DNA of 59,662 nt, taken from positions 1 to 59,662 of IMG/VR virus record IMGVR_UViG_3300005976_000001; one strand, 5' to 3'. Both the position numbers and the translations under genes were made by a program. This stretch comes from a virus (taxonomy: Duplodnaviria > Caudoviricetes). Shown piece after piece: positions 55,435-59,662 of this stretch (within the stretch, counting starts at the first letter, position 1; every line of letters starts with the position of its first letter). A model generated the notes under the pieces. The model made no database searches. It had not been told where the DNA came from and saw only the letters and a program-made list of their open reading frames with translations.

Positions 55435-55773
55435 ATGGGATACTTGGAAACAAAAGATACGTGTGGTGGTGCTGTCAAAACAGACAAGTGCGCTACTGAT
55501 GTTATCTTATGTATTCCACCAGTGATGTCCGGGGAGGAACCGGTAGGGTTTATTGATGCAGAGCTTATCTCTTGTCAGCAAAGTAAGAAGTGCTGCTCTG
55601 ACTGGGAGTATATTATTCGGTATGATGACTCGCAACTAAGTAGTTATATTTCAGATATAAATCAGGCAGCAGAAGCACTAAAACCGCACCATATATTAGG
55701 GATACTATACTCTGGCTCTTTTCTGCGGTGGGTACAGTCGTATGCTGAATTACTTCTTGAAGAGGAGGAGTAA
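55435..55773 (+). CDS. Small structural protein consisting of a domain shared with the next two genes
   Basis: FIDA.L......C...Y...YDDSQLSSY motif. Confidence 0.6.
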   Translation: MGYLETKDTCGGAVKTDKCATDVILCIPPVMSGEEPVGFIDAELISCQQSKKCCSDWEYIIRYDDSQLSSYISDINQAAEALKPHHILGILYSGSFLRWVQSYAELLLEEEE

Positions 55774-57218
55774 TGTTACAGCTTGTAGTGTTCTCAGCAG
55801 TAGAGGAAATTAATTGCGGATGCTTACCAGCAGACGTGAAGATTGAAGTTAGAACTGGCCTTACTGCTTTAGATATATCTCCGGCAGATTTTATTGATGG
55901 CAAACTACTTAGTTCTAGAGAGGTGTGCGCTAGTAACAATACTACCATTTATGAGTATACTCTATCCTATGAGGATAATCAGCTAGGAAGTTATGATTCT
56001 GGAACAGATATAGCAGTACCGTTAACGTCTAGACAGGTTAAAGGGTTCTTCTGTAAGGACTGCTTATTTAGGTTTACAGAGACTATTGTTCAATGCCCAG
56101 AGTGCCCGGAGTGCGAGCTCTGTTTTGACCCGGAGGCTCTAACTCTTTTAGAGGACCTAGATTTAGGTGATAGGTCCTTAAAGTGGCTGCATGGTGTGCT
56201 CCATTCTAATGGCAAGATATATGCAATGCCTAACATCGGTAGTGGGTCTGGTAGTGACTTACCATCAGAGAGCGCACTAATCATAACACCAGCGTCTCAA
56301 TCGTATGAAGTAGCAGACGAGAGTATAGCTGACGCTATCGGGTCAGGCGGTCCTAAGTTATACAGAAATAGCGTAGCTCTAGAAAATGGGGACATTTATG
56401 CGTGCCCTAACTCTGGTGGGAGCACCAGACCGATTATAAAATTTAATGTAACTACAGAGGAAGTTACTACTATAGACTACTCAAGTTTAGCAGGTCAGCT
56501 ACATAGTACAGTTAGCCCGACATCTTCTAGTGCAAACTTCTTTTCTTCTGTTCATTTAGCTCCAAATGGTAGTTTATACTTTGTTCCTGGACCGGATTCT
56601 AATAATATTTCTGTATCATATCTAGGAGTATTAAAGTTAGACCCATCAGATGATAGCTTGTCGGTCATTGATATATCTGGAATGGGCAGTACCGCTACTA
56701 GAAGAGGTTGGTGCGGGGGAGCTATAACTGATGATGGGGTTATCTATGCCGGTCAAGGCTTTGGAACTACTCTGCTTAAAATAGATACTACTACTGATAC
56801 TGTTACTTTACTTGGTTCTTTTAGCATATCGAACGATCCGGGACATCAAAGCACAGTAATAGGTAGTGATGGAAGAGTATACTTTACTCCTGGAACTAGA
56901 GGAGAAGTTAGGATACTAGACCCAGATACTGATGCTAACTTTGCTATAGGAAATGGAACTATACTAGGGACTTCTAGAAATATATGGGGAAATGGGTTCT
57001 TAGCTCCAGATGGAGCAGTCTGGGTGCCGTTAGGTGGTAATGACACAGGGCTGTACGATGACTCTAGAATATTAAGAATTTACCCAAATCTAAACTTGGA
57101 TTTTGATTTAGTTTTGTCTGAGTCCTCTCTTGACCGATACTACCACGGGGTAGTTGGGTTGGACTCCAAAGTTTATATGATCCCAAGTAGTGCTAACAAT
57201 GTAGCAGTTATAGGTTAA
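55773..57218 (+). CDS. Structural protein: shared N-domain plus beta-propeller head
   Basis: FIDG.L...Y...YEDNQLGSYD...G.FCKDCL; about 6-7 repeats of L..[ND]G.[IV]Y..P. Confidence 0.65.
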   Translation: MLQLVVFSAVEEINCGCLPADVKIEVRTGLTALDISPADFIDGKLLSSREVCASNNTTIYEYTLSYEDNQLGSYDSGTDIAVPLTSRQVKGFFCKDCLFRFTETIVQCPECPECELCFDPEALTLLEDLDLGDRSLKWLHGVLHSNGKIYAMPNIGSGSGSDLPSESALIITPASQSYEVADESIADAIGSGGPKLYRNSVALENGDIYACPNSGGSTRPIIKFNVTTEEVTTIDYSSLAGQLHSTVSPTSSSANFFSSVHLAPNGSLYFVPGPDSNNISVSYLGVLKLDPSDDSLSVIDISGMGSTATRRGWCGGAITDDGVIYAGQGFGTTLLKIDTTTDTVTLLGSFSISNDPGHQSTVIGSDGRVYFTPGTRGEVRILDPDTDANFAIGNGTILGTSRNIWGNGFLAPDGAVWVPLGGNDTGLYDDSRILRIYPNLNLDFDLVLSESSLDRYYHGVVGLDSKVYMIPSSANNVAVIG

Positions 57219-57221
57219 GGT

Positions 57222-59183
57222 ATGGAGCAATTAGTAACACTGACTTCTTTCATAGATTTAGAATGTAAGGATGATGCAGGGTCTGAAGTTATACTCTGTG
57301 TTGACCCTGACATGGTTGCTCCAGTTGACTGTGACGGGGAAGCAGATGAGACTATTCAGTACTCTTTCATCGAGGCTACTTTAGAGAGTTACTGTAAGAG
57401 TAGCCCTAAGTGTGGTGCTCCTTACACTTACACTTTTAAGTATGATGATATTCAGCTTACGTCTTATGATGAAGAGACAGAGCAAGCTACTGAAATTTTA
57501 TTACCATTAGATATTATAGGGGTGTTCTGTAAAGACTGTCTTACTACCTGGTTAGAACAGAAGATTGGAGGCCCGGCATCTTTGACTGTTGAGGATGGGA
57601 CAGTTGTTTTTGTATCTGGGCAAGGGTGCCGGTATGAGTTTGATGTGGAGTTCATACTCTCTGTCGATGGCACTCAAAGTGTTGACCTCACTCTAGACGG
57701 TAATACTCTTACAGCAGATGTAATTATATCAGAAGAGTCAGGAAATCTACTCCAAGAAGTAGCAGATGGACTACTTGTAGAACCTCTTTTATCAGAAGAC
57801 ACCGACTCTATATTGCTAGATATTCAAGTAGCTAGTTTGCAGCAAACAATATCTGCTGAGTTAAATGTTGATGATGCAGCTAATAACTTAATAGAGGTAT
57901 CAGGTGATGGGGTACTTGTTCCAGACTTAACTGTTGATGATACAAATTCTATCTCTCATACATACGCTGGAAGAGAACTTACTTCTGATGTGAACATATC
58001 AGGAGATGCAGATAATATAATTGAGATACGGGGTAATGGTCTGTATGCAGCTGACAGCGGATCACTCTCTGTCGATGATACAAACAGTATCGACCTAACA
58101 CTTTCTTCTGGAGTTATTACTGCTGATTTAAATATATCAGCAGTCTCAAATAACATCGCTACTGTAATTGCTGACGGTCTGTATGTTCCACCACCAGACG
58201 ACCCGGAAGGCTCTTGGTACCCAGGAAGCACAATGTTTGGCTCTGGAGAAGATGGAGATAGAACCGTAACAGGTGATGAGCTTATACCTTACCCAGTACG
58301 GGACATGTTTTACGAGAATCTAACTATTAATGATGGGGACTTGTTAGAGCCTTTTGGCTACTTTCAAAATAACGAATCAGGCGATCCGGAAGATAGAGCT
58401 TTTGTTAGAATATATGTAAACGACACGCTAACTATTGCTGGGTCAATAAGTGCAGACGGTGCTAACGGTAGCGGGGCAGTTGGTGCTCCTTTACTTGCTT
58501 TAGATGGTTCTGGTGGAGGGAACTCATCAGGCGGAGATGGTGGAGTAGGAGAATCTGACTCTTCTAACTTTTCTAACGGCAGTGATTCGGGAGCAGAAAG
58601 AGATTTGCCACTTGGTCTTATGGCTGGTGGCATGGGTGGTCCCGGTGGTGAAGGTGGAGTGTATGCCGGAGCAGGTGGTTCTCCTAGAGGGTATCCGTGG
58701 CTGATAGATAGGCTAGTTAAAATGCTTACCATGGTAGCACCAGGTGGTGATAGTGTCGTGCTAGGCGGCGGCGGCGGCGGTGCCGGTGGAGGCGGTGGAG
58801 GTAGAGACTACTCCTCTAGTGGTGGCGACGGCGGCGGTGGTGGTGCTGGCGGTGGAGTAATATTTATTATAGCTAGATCAATTGTGTTAGAAGATACTGG
58901 AACCATAAGCGCTAACGGTGGTGACGGTGCAAATGGTTCTGATGCGGTGGATGTAGGCGGTGATGATGCTGACGGCGGCGGTGGCGGCGGCGGCGGCGGC
59001 GGCGGTATGATCTATCTCATATATGAAAGCTTTACTGACAATGGTGGTACAATAGAAGCACTGGGTGGTTCCGGAGGTGCAGGCGGTGCTCCGGTTAACT
59101 TTGGTGAGGCTGGCCAGAATGGTGACAGCGGATTAGATGGGAATATTTTTAGAATGAAGTTCCCGGAAGGAACCTTTCAGTAA
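57222..59183 (+). CDS. Fibre protein: shared N-domain, repeated shaft and glycine-rich head
   Basis: FIEATL...YDDIQLTSYD...GVFCKDCL; four repeats of DT.S[IV].L......T.D..IS....N......DGL; poly-Gly C-terminal domain. Confidence 0.7.
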   Translation: MEQLVTLTSFIDLECKDDAGSEVILCVDPDMVAPVDCDGEADETIQYSFIEATLESYCKSSPKCGAPYTYTFKYDDIQLTSYDEETEQATEILLPLDIIGVFCKDCLTTWLEQKIGGPASLTVEDGTVVFVSGQGCRYEFDVEFILSVDGTQSVDLTLDGNTLTADVIISEESGNLLQEVADGLLVEPLLSEDTDSILLDIQVASLQQTISAELNVDDAANNLIEVSGDGVLVPDLTVDDTNSISHTYAGRELTSDVNISGDADNIIEIRGNGLYAADSGSLSVDDTNSIDLTLSSGVITADLNISAVSNNIATVIADGLYVPPPDDPEGSWYPGSTMFGSGEDGDRTVTGDELIPYPVRDMFYENLTINDGDLLEPFGYFQNNESGDPEDRAFVRIYVNDTLTIAGSISADGANGSGAVGAPLLALDGSGGGNSSGGDGGVGESDSSNFSNGSDSGAERDLPLGLMAGGMGGPGGEGGVYAGAGGSPRGYPWLIDRLVKMLTMVAPGGDSVVLGGGGGGAGGGGGGRDYSSSGGDGGGGGAGGGVIFIIARSIVLEDTGTISANGGDGANGSDAVDVGGDDADGGGGGGGGGGGMIYLIYESFTDNGGTIEALGGSGGAGGAPVNFGEAGQNGDSGLDGNIFRMKFPEGTFQ

Positions 59184-59192
59184 AGGAGATGT

Positions 59193-59519
59193 ATGGGCGA
59201 TAAAACTATTGGGTACTTAAAGGTAAATAAAAACTCAAACAATGAAGAGGAAGTAGAGGAGCTTCAGAAGGTTATTATACCAGCTGCTAGTAAGTGTGAG
59301 TTTCACCCTGACCATATAGAAACGCTCTCAAAGAGTATATTGGTAATGTCGGAATCTATCAAAGAAAATACAAATACTTTATCTACTCAGTTTGCTGACT
59401 TATTAAAAGTAGCTGTCGGAAAGGACCAGGTACCAATGCGTGTTTTTTTAATTGCTATTATATCTATAGTTGCAGCATTCTTAGGCGTAGAGAGTATCAG
59501 GACAATATTTGGAAGATAG
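59193..59519 (+). CDS. Small membrane protein (C-terminal TM), possible lysis component
   Basis: AGGAG RBS; coiled coil followed by VFLIAIISIVAAFLGV. Confidence 0.5.
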   Translation: MGDKTIGYLKVNKNSNNEEEVEELQKVIIPAASKCEFHPDHIETLSKSILVMSESIKENTNTLSTQFADLLKVAVGKDQVPMRVFLIAIISIVAAFLGVESIRTIFGR

Positions 59520-59523
59520 CTAG

Positions 59524-59662
59524 ATGGTACTGCGTAAGCCATTAACTAAAAGCAAACAAGCAGGTAAGAAAGTAGAGCAGGTTCCTTGTGCGGATAAATC
59601 TACTTTAGAGCAAGCACTAGCGGGGGTATCTGATGACACTTGGATGTCACCTTTTCTTACTC
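59524..59662 (+). CDS. 5' part of the collagen tail fibre gene, continuing at 105-1607 across the circular junction
   Basis: [46 protein letters not shown] runs in frame into MSPFLT. Confidence 0.8.
   Translation, partial: MVLRKPLTKSKQAGKKVEQVPCADKSTLEQALAGVSDDTWMSPFLT
59540..59662. repeat. Terminal direct repeat copy 2
   Basis: Identical to 1-123. Confidence 0.95.

Noticed and set aside
58760-59010. GGC microsatellite tracts as contingency loci
   Set aside because: They are in-frame poly-Gly codons of a glycine-rich fibre domain; length changes would not shift the frame.

Overview
The window looks like a complete, circularly assembled ~59.5-kb tailed phage genome, probably podovirus-like. 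Bases 1-123 are repeated exactly at 59540-59662 and a gene reads through the junction. No integrase, RNA polymerase, reverse transcriptase, tRNA or CRISPR array was recognised. There are four transcription blocks. (1) A + strand morphogenesis arm (44739 through the junction to 19235) with a candidate TerS, an inverted TerL, portal, scaffold, major capsid, Cys-rich and collagen fibre proteins, tail tubular proteins and three large ejection-type proteins (one with an SLT domain, one with a zincin motif). (2) A - strand arm (35704 to 19232) with SNF2 helicase, family A DNA polymerase, SSB, Cas4-like nuclease and RuvC. It is interrupted by an envelope-remodelling island: an LpxR-family lipid A deacylase, four glycosyltransferases, a secreted subtilisin, a Tat-signal peptide and a lipoprotein. 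(3) A + strand primase-SF3 helicase followed by an iteron-like, AT-rich origin candidate. (4) A - strand early operon (43947 to ~40436) of small, mostly acidic genes including ArdA. This operon is punctuated by five copies of a ~50-60 nt element (stop codon, covarying hairpin, second mini-hairpin, then an A/C-rich leader and RBS), and two copies lie in an exact 81-bp duplication. The two best candidates for an undescribed system are this repeat-delimited anti-defence cassette array and the LpxR/glycosyltransferase envelope island. Also noted: two candidate structured RNAs, leaderless promoters, an unannotated 32-aa Lys-rich head peptide, a homopolymer-frameshifted gene, a shared docking domain on three tandem fibre genes, and marked CCGG enrichment. 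All calls come from reading motifs by eye; no database searches were run.
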